NCBI GenBank assembly: GCA_022821495.1
Contig: JAJEDN010000026.1
Coordinates: forward strand, 65,561-129,560
Direction: 5' to 3'
From: Candidatus Poribacteria bacterium
GTDB lineage: Bacteria; Poribacteria; WGA-4E; WGA-3G
Length of the DNA stretch: 64,000 nucleotides
The position numbers and the translations under genes are program-made. The notes under the pieces are model-generated. The model saw only the letters and a program-made list of their open reading frames with translations, was not told the origin of the DNA and ran no database searches. Below are positions 44,148-52,873 of the stretch, in pieces (position 1 is the first letter of the stretch; the number at the start of each line of letters is the position of its first letter).

Positions 44148-45947
44148 CTAAATCCGGAAAATTTCGCCTAACTTCCCGCCAAGCACGCGTCCCGCACCGA
44201 GTAGACACGCAATTAGGATTAACATCCCGACCACGCCGAGCGCGCTCGCCGTATATGGACCGTGATCAGGACGTTGAGAGAGCGACCAAATCGCTTTTGT
44301 AATCGGATAATAATCGTCTTTCATCGCCAAGATCAAACTATCGCTGACTTCTAACATGGAGAATGAGAATACCAAAATCGCACCCGCGAGGATGTTCGCG
44401 ACAACCAAAGGCAGGGTTATTTTATACAAGGTACGGATCGGTGTCGCCCCCATGTTTTGTGATGCTTCTTCGTAACTCACGCTGGTCTGCTGGAGCCCGG
44501 CGTAGATAGAACGCAACATATACGGCAGCCGTCGCACCGCATAACTGATTATTAGAAGGAACGTCGGGTTCTTCCGAGGGTCTATAACAGAAACGAGGCC
44601 ATCAGGAAAATACCGTAGCAGCAGTGTCGTATCTGCGAAGCTGCCCATATACCCAAACGCAATCGCGACACCGGGTAACGCTAACGGCAACATTGCCACT
44701 GCATCCAATAGGTTTTGGAACGGGAGACGCTTACGGGTTAACAAATACGACACCACGATACCGACAAGCAGTGCCAACAGGGTGCTGAAAATACTGTATT
44801 TCAGACTATTAAAGATACTCGGTAGTGTATCGTCATGTGTGAAGGTCTCAATATAATGCGCGAAGGTCCAGGATTGCGGGAACACGCTAAATCGCCATTG
44901 GCTTATGTCTGGTGTTAACGAAACAAGGATGACACTAATATGCGGTAAGAGTGCCATAAACGTCAAACCGCCAATAAAAAGATAGATGATGCTACGCATA
45001 CCCCATCTCGCATCCGTTTCTCGCGATGTTACGTGCCCTCTGCCGAGCATTTCATAGTGTTTACTGCCTGTCCAGCGTTTGGAAACGTAAAAGGCGAGTG
45101 CTGTTAGGACGATAATTAGGACAACAAGCGCGTAGCCCATCGGATTCGTGTTTGCCTCAGTCACTTGGTTGAAAATTCGGACCGAAACCACCTCTCGGTA
45201 TTCAAAGATTAGGGGTGTACCGAGATCGGTGAACGCCCAGATAAAGACGAGGATCGCACCTGCAAAATAACCTGGCATCATCAAAGGGAGTGTGATCTGA
45301 CGGAAAACTTGGAACCGGGACGCCCCCATATTTTCGGCGGCTTCCTCCAGACTCGGATCAACGTTTGCGAGTGCCGCTACGATGTTGAGATACATTATCG
45401 GATACAGGTGCAAGGTTGACAACATCACCACGCCCCAAAAGCCGCCACCGAACCAGTCAATAGTGCTCGCCATATCAAGCAGTCCAAGTTTGACGAGAAG
45501 CATATTGACGCTCCCATATAATCCGAAAAACTGTTTCATCCCAATCGCCCCGACAAACGGGGGCATAATCATCGGGATTAAAATCACAGAGCGTAACATA
45601 TTGCGTCCGGGATACCGGTACCGGGTCAAGAAATACGCCAGTGGAAGGCTAATGATGCTCGTCACTATGGTGACCATTACACCGATATTGAAACTGTTGA
45701 CAACCAGTTTGCGGATATTCGGATCGGTCACCATCAGTTTAAAGTAGGTCAGATCAAATTTGCTTTGAATCCAGAACGCCTCTTTGAAAACATAGAGAAG
45801 TGGGTATATCAGGAAAGCAGCGAAAAACAGCGTTGTCAATCCGAGAACAAGTGTAATTGACGGCGTTAAATCGTATTTTCGTTTAATTTTGTCCATTAAC
45901 GACAGATTTGTATATGGATTCTCTTCTGTCTCTGACCGATTCAGCAT
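44148..45947 (-). CDS. Fused two-domain ABC transporter permease (iron(III)/thiamine-type)
   Basis: 599 aa with about 12 TM helices. Two BPD-transporter EAA-like loops (EEAAENMGASRFQVFRQITLP and EEASQNMGATPIRTLYKITLP). Confidence 0.8.
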   Translation of the reverse strand: MLNRSETEENPYTNLSLMDKIKRKYDLTPSITLVLGLTTLFFAAFLIYPLLYVFKEAFWIQSKFDLTYFKLMVTDPNIRKLVVNSFNIGVMVTIVTSIISLPLAYFLTRYRYPGRNMLRSVILIPMIMPPFVGAIGMKQFFGLYGSVNMLLVKLGLLDMASTIDWFGGGFWGVVMLSTLHLYPIMYLNIVAALANVDPSLEEAAENMGASRFQVFRQITLPLMMPGYFAGAILVFIWAFTDLGTPLIFEYREVVSVRIFNQVTEANTNPMGYALVVLIIVLTALAFYVSKRWTGSKHYEMLGRGHVTSRETDARWGMRSIIYLFIGGLTFMALLPHISVILVSLTPDISQWRFSVFPQSWTFAHYIETFTHDDTLPSIFNSLKYSIFSTLLALLVGIVVSYLLTRKRLPFQNLLDAVAMLPLALPGVAIAFGYMGSFADTTLLLRYFPDGLVSVIDPRKNPTFLLIISYAVRRLPYMLRSIYAGLQQTSVSYEEASQNMGATPIRTLYKITLPLVVANILAGAILVFSFSMLEVSDSLILAMKDDYYPITKAIWSLSQRPDHGPYTASALGVVGMLILIACLLGAGRVLGGKLGEIFRI

Positions 45948-46081
45948 CTTTTTTCTTTCTCCAACCTTTTATGTATCTCGAACGTTTCACACCTGCAGCT
46001 GCGCTTTCAACGGCATCGGGTTTGCAGGTTATTCCTTAATTATACCCTATACACTACCGAATTGCATATATTTTTTGTGAG

Positions 46082-46135
46082 AAAAAAAAGAGGTGTGATA
46101 GCATTCGGCAGTAAGCCTACTCACTATCACACCTC
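46082..46135 (-). terminator. Rho-independent terminator downstream of the Rpn-like pseudogene
   Basis: 12-bp stem GAGGTGTGATAG / CTATCACACCTC (46090-46101 / 46124-46135). On the minus strand it is followed by TTTTTTTT (46082-46089). Confidence 0.6.
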
Positions 46136-46260
46136 GGGTTGTTCCTTTGGAAACGCTCTTAAATCCATACCGCGGAGCGATATATCTATTAAGTAGCATC
46201 CAATGCGATTCTTGTACGCCCGCGGAGTGCTCTGTCTGAAAAAATGTTTAAAACTAACTA

Positions 46261-47335
46261 CTATAGCCTACGTTGGAATGCCTGAAAACTATTTGCTAAT
46301 GAAGCGTTTAGGAGCAACTGCTTCAGATGGTTCAGATCAGCAATCGCTTCAAGTGCGGGTTTTAGGGGGTTGACATCGGCATTCGGGAATCGTGCGCTGA
46401 GAACTGATAGTATGTTTTCAATAGTGGTTTCCCGCGCGCCACGCTCAACACCTCGGGCAAGTAAGACTTCTGCTGTCGTTTCTGCCATCGTAGAGACCTC
46501 CTTATCAGATGTTCGTTCTTCCACCAAACGAACCAATTCCTCTCGTTCATCTACAGGACGACGGTGGAAGATCAGCATCAATAGATAGACTAACGCCTCA
46601 CGCTTTTGCAACGCTTCGGACGCGTCAAGACTTTCAAGGAAAGATACCGCTTCAACTAATGCACGGCTTAACGACTCCTTGTCACTATTCTCATTTTGAA
46701 GTACACGCAGCAACCAACCTAACAAACTCTTTGTCCCCGTTAATGTCTCTACGTCTGCTGATTTTACGCCTAAAAATAGTGTCCCAAATCGCGGAACAAA
46801 ACGAGACAACTCTGCCGGAATGTCCATCATCGCCTCAAGCGTCAACGGGGTTTCCCAGTGTCGATCTCCAGTATAAAATACTATCGGTAAGATTGGCGGA
46901 AATTTGCGCTCACTTTTCGGGGCATTTTGATTTTCCCATTCCCGACGATGTCTGTCCCAGATCAACATCATGTAAAACAGCACCCGAAACCCCATCATCT
47001 CGTCCACCGTGGATTGATGTTCTATCAAGATATGGATGAACAGTGTCTCACTTGTGTCTCGGCTCCTAAATGGAACACTAAAGAGGAGGTCTGCTTGCTG
47101 CTCACGAAGTGTCTCTGATATAAAAGTACTACTCGCGGGCGCGAGGGCTCCAAAAATCGATAAATGCGGCGAGCTCGGGTTCAATCATTTTGACTAAGGC
47201 CTCAACATTTAGTTTGTTTTGGAACAACCGTCGTATACTTCGGTCAGGAAAATGTTCAATCTGTTCCCGTAAGAAGTCGTAAAGTTCTTGGTGTTGAGAA
47301 GTCGGGTTTTGTGTTTCTTGCAGTATAAGTGTCAC
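46261..47335 (-). pseudogene. Rpn-family recombination-promoting nuclease / PD-(D/E)XK putative transposase with DUF4351-like C-terminus, frameshifted
   Basis: N-terminal piece 47129-47335, body 46261-47184 (ADLLFSV ... FIHILIEHQSTVDEMMGFRVLFYM ... PIVFYTG). The frames join if one base is removed from the A5 run at 47152-47156. Confidence 0.65.
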
Positions 47336-47403
47336 CTCAAATGTGAAGATTTTAGGGTATTATATCATGGTCTGTAGAAAACATGCCAATCTTTTTTGTC
47401 TAT

Positions 47404-47418
47404 CAGGGTCATTCAATT
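47404..47418. repeat. Inverted copy of the short islet repeat (CAGGGTCATTCAATT)
   Basis: Reverse complement of the motif present at 47595-47613 and 47816-47834. Confidence 0.5.
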
Positions 47419-47556
47419 CTCGATTTGGATCTTGGTTCTGCTTTATATAAGTGAACATTCTTAGGGAAAATCGCGAGCGACAAGAAATACGCAGAAACAC
47501 CCACGCAATACGCAGAAATACCCTATCAAAAACACCCCAAGCAAAAACACTCGCTT

Positions 47557-47694
47557 CTACAGGTGAAAAATATCCACAGATATAAAGTGAATAGGTACAA
47601 TTGAATGGCCCTGGTGGCGTTGCCCTTTTTTCTTGCGTGGATCTGGCACTTCTGCTAACATATCAAGTAAGTGGCAAGAGGACCTTCTTGTCAT
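47557..47694 (-). pseudogene. Remnant of an ISAs1-family transposase N-terminus
   Basis: The minus strand encodes MTRRSSCHLLDMLAEVPDPRKKKGQRH... (the L..L.DPR...G.RH signature of the ISAs1 N-terminal domain). Similarity stops exactly at the 19-mer repeat, and a stop follows after 45 codons. Confidence 0.4.
47595..47613. repeat. 19-mer islet repeat, copy 1 (TACAATTGAATGGCCCTGG)
   Basis: 18/19 identical to 47816-47834. Both are also followed on the minus strand by a similar ATTTTTCAC motif about 20 nt away. Confidence 0.55.
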
Positions 47695-47734
47695 GATTCA
47701 CCTCAAAAGTGTGATAATTTTTAGGGTGAAGTAT

Positions 47735-47770
47735 AGCAGAAGTCGCGTGAAAAGTCACGCGACTTCTGCT
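47735..47770. other. Perfect 16-bp stem / 4-nt loop hairpin
   Basis: AGCAGAAGTCGCGTGA-aaag-TCACGCGACTTCTGCT read directly. Lies between Rpn-like gene 2 and the ISAs1 remnant. Confidence 0.6.
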
Positions 47771-47815
47771 TGTATAGAAATGTTAACACCTGTGAAAAAT
47801 ACAACACAAAAAACC

Positions 47816-47834
47816 TACAATTGAATGACCCTGG
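47816..47834. repeat. 19-mer islet repeat, copy 2 (TACAATTGAATGACCCTGG)
   Basis: Lies just downstream (13 nt) of the stop of the 47848-48750 gene. Confidence 0.55.
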
Positions 47835-47847
47835 AAGCGCGGTTCAA

Positions 47848-48750
47848 TCATCTGTCTGCTGCTAAAGCCTCTGAGAAGTCCTCTGTGCTTTCGGCTAAGA
47901 GTGCGGCGCGAAACAGCTGCTTGAGGCGTTGGGAATCCTCAATCGTTTCTAATATCGGTTTGAAGGTGCTCGCAGCATCGGGCTGCAATCGGAGTTCCAA
48001 TGCTTCAAGAATGTCTTCAAGTGCCCGTTCCCTCATGCCTTGCTCAAGTCCTTGTTGGTGTGCTTCTGCTGTGGCTTTTTCTGTCCAGTATTCAATAATA
48101 TTACGTTGCTGCATGGTTTCCTCCGAAATGATACGTGAAATTGCTTCTGATTCATAGACTAAATTCCCCAAAACCGCCAAGGTCCCGAGGTACGCTGGTT
48201 TGTTCGGGACATCAACGCTATCGGCGGTTTGGATACACCGGCGCAGCCATTGTTCAGCATCTACACCCACAGGACGTTTCATCAGCGGCGTGAAAGGGAG
48301 CAATCCTGTAGGTTTTGCATCAAGAATCTGTTGCCCCTCCATCTCAATGAGCCGGAAAACCTTATATTCAATGAAAATCTGATGTCCCGCTATGTTTTGC
48401 GCATAAACGCCACGGTCCCTTCGTCCCGCATCTGGTCGAAGATAGATGACACTTGAATACACCGGCAACCGATACCTTTCAACCAACCGAATGATATAAC
48501 CTGCCATCCTCAGAGACATCTCAGGATCATAACTATCGGTGGTTTGAAACTCGAAATGGACCAGCACCTCTTCACCGTTGCGTTCTACTTTGATGACGAT
48601 ATCTGCCTGGTGCATTTCAACCGTAGGTTGCTCCGGTACGATCAAATCAACGAAAGTAACATCGTCTCCCTCAAAGTTTAGGCAGTAATTGACGAAGTCC
48701 ATGGGGTGTGTTTGTGCTTGCGTTTTGGTAAGGGTATCAAAAATCGCCAT
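47848..48750 (-). CDS. Rpn-family / PD-(D/E)XK nuclease-type putative transposase with DUF4351-like C-terminus
   Basis: ADIVIKVERNGEEVLVHFEFQTTDSYDPEMSLRMAGY ... VYSSVIYLRP core. The C-terminus (ALEDILEALELRL ... LKQLFRAALLA) is paralogous to that of the 46261 gene. Start at ATG 48750. Confidence 0.65.
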   Translation of the reverse strand: MAIFDTLTKTQAQTHPMDFVNYCLNFEGDDVTFVDLIVPEQPTVEMHQADIVIKVERNGEEVLVHFEFQTTDSYDPEMSLRMAGYIIRLVERYRLPVYSSVIYLRPDAGRRDRGVYAQNIAGHQIFIEYKVFRLIEMEGQQILDAKPTGLLPFTPLMKRPVGVDAEQWLRRCIQTADSVDVPNKPAYLGTLAVLGNLVYESEAISRIISEETMQQRNIIEYWTEKATAEAHQQGLEQGMRERALEDILEALELRLQPDAASTFKPILETIEDSQRLKQLFRAALLAESTEDFSEALAADR

Positions 48751-48885
48751 TCTATTTCCTTCTTTAGTTTCGCAAATTATAGCATGCATTTGGAACACAA
48801 GTCAAATTTCATTTTTATTTTTCCTATAAACACGATTTGTGCTATACTCTAACAATACCCACAATACAGAATCGTAGCATTATTT

Positions 48886-50013
48886 ATGGCAACAGTAAAA
48901 CTCGAAAACATCACAAAACGCTTCGGCGACCTTATCGCGCTTGACGACATTACCCTTGATATCCAAGACCAAGAATTCTTCGTGCTGCTCGGTCAAACGG
49001 GTGCCGGAAAAACGACAACGCTCCGCTGTATTGCTGGCTTGGATAAACCGGAAGAAGGCACAATCTATTTGGACGATGTCAGCGTCAACGATAAAACCCC
49101 TGCAGAACGCGATGTCGCTTTCGTTTTCCAAGCCCATATTCTCTATCCGCACCTGAGCGTTTACGAGAACATGGCGTTTCCATTACATCCGAGAAAACTC
49201 TCTGCTGAGGAAATCGACCGGCGTGTTAGAGATATCGCGCAGATGCTCCATATTGAACATCTGCTCATGCGAACCCCAAATCAGTTAAGCGGCGGTGAAA
49301 CACAGCGCGTCGGACTCGGACGCGCGATGGTCCGTCGTCCGCAAGTCTTCCTCATGGATGAACCGATATCGAATCTGGATGCGAAACTCCGGACGGAAAT
49401 GCGTGCCGAAATCCGCTGGCGGCAACGTGAACTCGGTACAACTACTTTCTATGTAACACACGACCAGATCGAAGCGATGTCAATGGCGGACCGGATCGCC
49501 GTTCTCGAAGCAGGCAGCATCCAACAATTAGGGACACCCGCCGAAATCTACAATCACCCTGCCAATCTATTTGTCGCCGGTTTCATAGGGAACCCGAGCA
49601 TGAATTGCATCCCATGCGACATCTCCAGTACCAACGGCGAACTTCAAGTGAAATTAGCCGACGATACTGGAAACAATAACGCTGTGACAATCCAAGATGC
49701 CCGGATCGCTAACGCATTGAACGACAACATCTCAAACAGCGACACCGTCTTTGGTGCACACGCTGAGGATGTCCTTGTGAGCCATCAATCCATTCCGAAC
49801 GCATTTCAGGCTGAAGTTTATAGCGTTGAACCGCTTGGCGCGGAAACAATTGTCGAGTTGACACTCGGCACGGATACTGCAGGCGCACATACGATTCTCA
49901 AGGCATGCACAGTCCCCAATTTTAAAGCAGACATCGGACAACATCTTTATGTGTCGTTTGTCCAAGAGCGAATGCATTTTTTCGACAAAACCACCGGTAA
50001 CGCACTTTTTTAA
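48886..50013 (+). CDS. ABC transporter ATP-binding protein (MalK/UgpC/PotA-type with C-terminal regulatory domain)
   Basis: Walker A GQTGAGKTT. Signature LSGGETQRVGLGRA. Walker B VFLMDEP. H-loop YVTHDQ. Confidence 0.9.
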   Translation: MATVKLENITKRFGDLIALDDITLDIQDQEFFVLLGQTGAGKTTTLRCIAGLDKPEEGTIYLDDVSVNDKTPAERDVAFVFQAHILYPHLSVYENMAFPLHPRKLSAEEIDRRVRDIAQMLHIEHLLMRTPNQLSGGETQRVGLGRAMVRRPQVFLMDEPISNLDAKLRTEMRAEIRWRQRELGTTTFYVTHDQIEAMSMADRIAVLEAGSIQQLGTPAEIYNHPANLFVAGFIGNPSMNCIPCDISSTNGELQVKLADDTGNNNAVTIQDARIANALNDNISNSDTVFGAHAEDVLVSHQSIPNAFQAEVYSVEPLGAETIVELTLGTDTAGAHTILKACTVPNFKADIGQHLYVSFVQERMHFFDKTTGNALF

Positions 50014-50282
50014 TTATTCCTTTGTTGCCGGCTAAAGGGTTAATATTTTCTCGAAGAACCGTCAAATTTCCAAATCCAGTATAAATCAATCAGAAACCTG
50101 CTCGTAATGTAATGGAGAGCAGCCCAGGCACAATAAATTAAAAAATGGATTGGCAACTTAAACTCTTTAACCTCATGCCCAATTTTCTAAAACGCATCGG
50201 ATGTCAACTCCTACGTCGACTCGGCTACGATCCCGATGCGTGGTTAGAAAATTTTCTCAGTAAGCACAAAGGAGACTGATAC

Positions 50283-51917
50283 GTGAAAGGCGGAGATATT
50301 CTCATCGAATGCTTGAAAGCGCAAGGTGTCTCAGCGGTATTCGGAATGCCCGGCACCCAAAATATCCAGATCTACGATGCCCTGCTGCGCCGTGGGAAAG
50401 ACACGATTGACCACTACCTCGTCCGACATGAATACGCGGCAACGCAGATGGCAGACGGTTTCGCACGCGCGACGGGTGAAGTGGGTGTCGCTATCACCGT
50501 CCCGGGACCGGGTGCCAGCAACGCATCGACTGGAATTTTAGAGGCGTTTACCGATTGCGCACCTGTGCTGCTCATCACCGGACAAAGCGATTCCAGCCTC
50601 TATAGCAAACATCCGAGCAAAATGTTCCACGGCTTGGATCAGATGCGGTTCTTTGAATCGCTTACCAAGTACTGTGCCATCGCCCATACCGTCGCCGAGA
50701 TTCCTGTCGTTGTGAAAAACGCTTTTAAAGCAATGCGGAACGGGAGACCCGGACCGACGGTGCTGGAATTCCCGATGGATGTTGTTACAGGAGAAGGTGA
50801 GGTCCGAATCCCGCCGCGTGTGGAACGCGCTGAATTACCGCCGTCTGACGATACGAACCTCAGTGCCGCCGTTGAAACAATCCGCAACGCCAAGATGCCA
50901 CTAATCTTTGCGGGTTCTGCCGTCTTCCACGCGGATGCCCGAAACGAGTTACGTCTCCTCGCCGAAAAACTGAACGCACCTGTCATTGTTACCCGCAATG
51001 GAAAGGGTGTCCTGTCCGAAGACCATCCGTTGGCACTCCAAATCTGCTACGGCTATCTCGGACGCGAGGCACTCCAACGTGCAGACTGTCTCATCGGTAT
51101 CGGACCGCGCTTCACTTCTATTGATACCCGTAACTGGAGTCTGCAACTGCCGCAACCCTTCATCCAAATTGACGAAGACGCAGACGAGATTGGACGCGAA
51201 TACCCGTGTGATGTGGGTGTCGTCGGTGATATGAAATTGACGTTACAGGCACTTGTTGAGGATATCGCGCCCGGTGAAAACAGATGGGACGAGACACTAT
51301 CGGAACTCCGAAAGAAGTTTGACGCACAGCCATCGTTGCCAGTCATTCACGAATTACAGGATGTGCTGCCACGAGACACTATCTATGCAATTGATGTTCA
51401 CGCACTCGGCTATGCTTCCTTCGCGGAATTTCCCATCTACGATCCGAGAACCTTCCTCTACCCGAATATCGGCGTAGCATTAGGACATGCATATCCGGCA
51501 GCGATCGGTGCGAAGGTCGCCCATCCCGACCGTCCGGTTATCTGTTTCAGTGGCGATGGTGGATTTTTGATGGGTGCAGTGGAGATGGCGACGGCTATGA
51601 AATACGGTATCAACGTCGTAGCGATTGTCGTAAACGACAGTGCATTGTCAGCGATTAAAGGATCCCAAATAAAAGGATGCGAAGGACGCACGATTGATAC
51701 AGATCTGGTTAATCCCGATTTCGTTGAATTCGCAAAGTCTTTCGGTGCTTATGCCAGGCGGGTTGAGGATTTGGGGGATTTCAAGGAAACCTTACGCGAC
51801 GCACTCGCTGCTGAGAAACCCGCACTCATTGAAGTGATGCTACAGGAACGACAGGACGATATTATCAACGTCATCGGATGGTTGATGTCCGAACCGCTCC
51901 GAAAAACGGGTTTTTAA
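50283..51917 (+). CDS. Thiamine-diphosphate-dependent enzyme (acetolactate synthase large-subunit family)
   Basis: N-terminal TPP-Pyr domain (GVSAVFGMPGTQNIQIYDAL ... HEYAATQMADGFAR). C-terminal TPP-binding GDGGFLM ... NDSALSAIK. GTG start preceded by AAGGAG. Confidence 0.85.
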   Translation: MKGGDILIECLKAQGVSAVFGMPGTQNIQIYDALLRRGKDTIDHYLVRHEYAATQMADGFARATGEVGVAITVPGPGASNASTGILEAFTDCAPVLLITGQSDSSLYSKHPSKMFHGLDQMRFFESLTKYCAIAHTVAEIPVVVKNAFKAMRNGRPGPTVLEFPMDVVTGEGEVRIPPRVERAELPPSDDTNLSAAVETIRNAKMPLIFAGSAVFHADARNELRLLAEKLNAPVIVTRNGKGVLSEDHPLALQICYGYLGREALQRADCLIGIGPRFTSIDTRNWSLQLPQPFIQIDEDADEIGREYPCDVGVVGDMKLTLQALVEDIAPGENRWDETLSELRKKFDAQPSLPVIHELQDVLPRDTIYAIDVHALGYASFAEFPIYDPRTFLYPNIGVALGHAYPAAIGAKVAHPDRPVICFSGDGGFLMGAVEMATAMKYGINVVAIVVNDSALSAIKGSQIKGCEGRTIDTDLVNPDFVEFAKSFGAYARRVEDLGDFKETLRDALAAEKPALIEVMLQERQDDIINVIGWLMSEPLRKTGF

Positions 51918-51933
51918 CATTCTCTCTTCAATT

Positions 51934-52866
51934 TCACGATACCGAACGCTCGTTTCTTTGATATTCCGCCAATTTTTCAAGAAGTAGGAGCTGCTCAACT
52001 CGCTGTGTTGGTTCCTCGTGCGAGTGTTTAGGTGTAAAATTCATAACTAACGCCTCAAGCATCGGTTTTCTGTTATCCTCTTTTGCACCGAGGTAATAGA
52101 AGTGCTCCTTGGTTAACACCTGAAATCCTGACCACAACGTCTCAAGAAAGGTGTTCTCTCTGTGTTGGTTGCTGTGCCAAGTAGATAAAATGAATTTGCA
52201 AGGCGATTGATTTAGTATCTCAAATAGGTATCGTTCGTTTTCTTCGTCCCAACTATCAAAATAATCAACGTGCCGTCCAACATAAGGCGGATCACAGTAG
52301 ACGAAATCATCTCCAGAAATGCCTCTCAGTGTCTCTTTAAAGTCTTGGCAAATAAATGACCAGTTAGAATGCCTTGACATAACATAAACGTAGTCAACTT
52401 GATTCACAATCTTTGTTATATATGCTTTGGAAAACCGCTGTGGTTTGTGCCCGAAAGGCACATTAAAGTGTCCTTTACGATTGAACCGAATCATACCATT
52501 AAAGCAGCAGCGGTTTAAAAAAAGAAAATCTAAAGGTTCATGCGTTTTATTAAACCGCTCTCGAACTTCATAATAGTAATCTTGCCCACACTTTGATAGT
52601 ATTTCACCTTGCTGTGCCAGAAATTCTCTCACTTTCAGACCATCTATCTTACCACTCGCTATGGCATTATAGAAGTTAATCAAGTGTGGATTGCTATCTG
52701 CAAAGACAGCGTTGCGCGGTGTAATATTGAAACCAACGACCCCAGAACCCATAAAAGGTTCAATCCATCTCCCTTCAAAAGACCAGTCCACAGTTCTCTT
52801 TATAAAAGGAACAAGTTTGCTTTTAATTCCTTGACACTTAATTGGTGGAATCATGACTTTCATCAT
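51934..52866 (-). CDS. dam: DNA adenine methyltransferase, Dam (D12 class, T4-Dam-like)
   Basis: KCQGIKSKLVPFI, EPFMGSGVVGFN (SAM-binding), FLFLNRCCFNGMIRFNRKGHFNVPFG, and catalytic DPPY in FVYCDPPYV. Start taken at Met21 (52866), just after the PhyH stop. Confidence 0.8.
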   Translation of the reverse strand: MMKVMIPPIKCQGIKSKLVPFIKRTVDWSFEGRWIEPFMGSGVVGFNITPRNAVFADSNPHLINFYNAIASGKIDGLKVREFLAQQGEILSKCGQDYYYEVRERFNKTHEPLDFLFLNRCCFNGMIRFNRKGHFNVPFGHKPQRFSKAYITKIVNQVDYVYVMSRHSNWSFICQDFKETLRGISGDDFVYCDPPYVGRHVDYFDSWDEENERYLFEILNQSPCKFILSTWHSNQHRENTFLETLWSGFQVLTKEHFYYLGAKEDNRKPMLEALVMNFTPKHSHEEPTQRVEQLLLLEKLAEYQRNERSVS

Positions 52867-52873
52867 ATCCGAT

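Noticed and set aside
46261-48798. An active composite transposon formed by the two Rpn-like genes
   Set aside because: One gene is frameshifted and the only classical transposase is a 45-codon stub. No matching long terminal inverted repeats flank the segment. It looks like a decayed islet.
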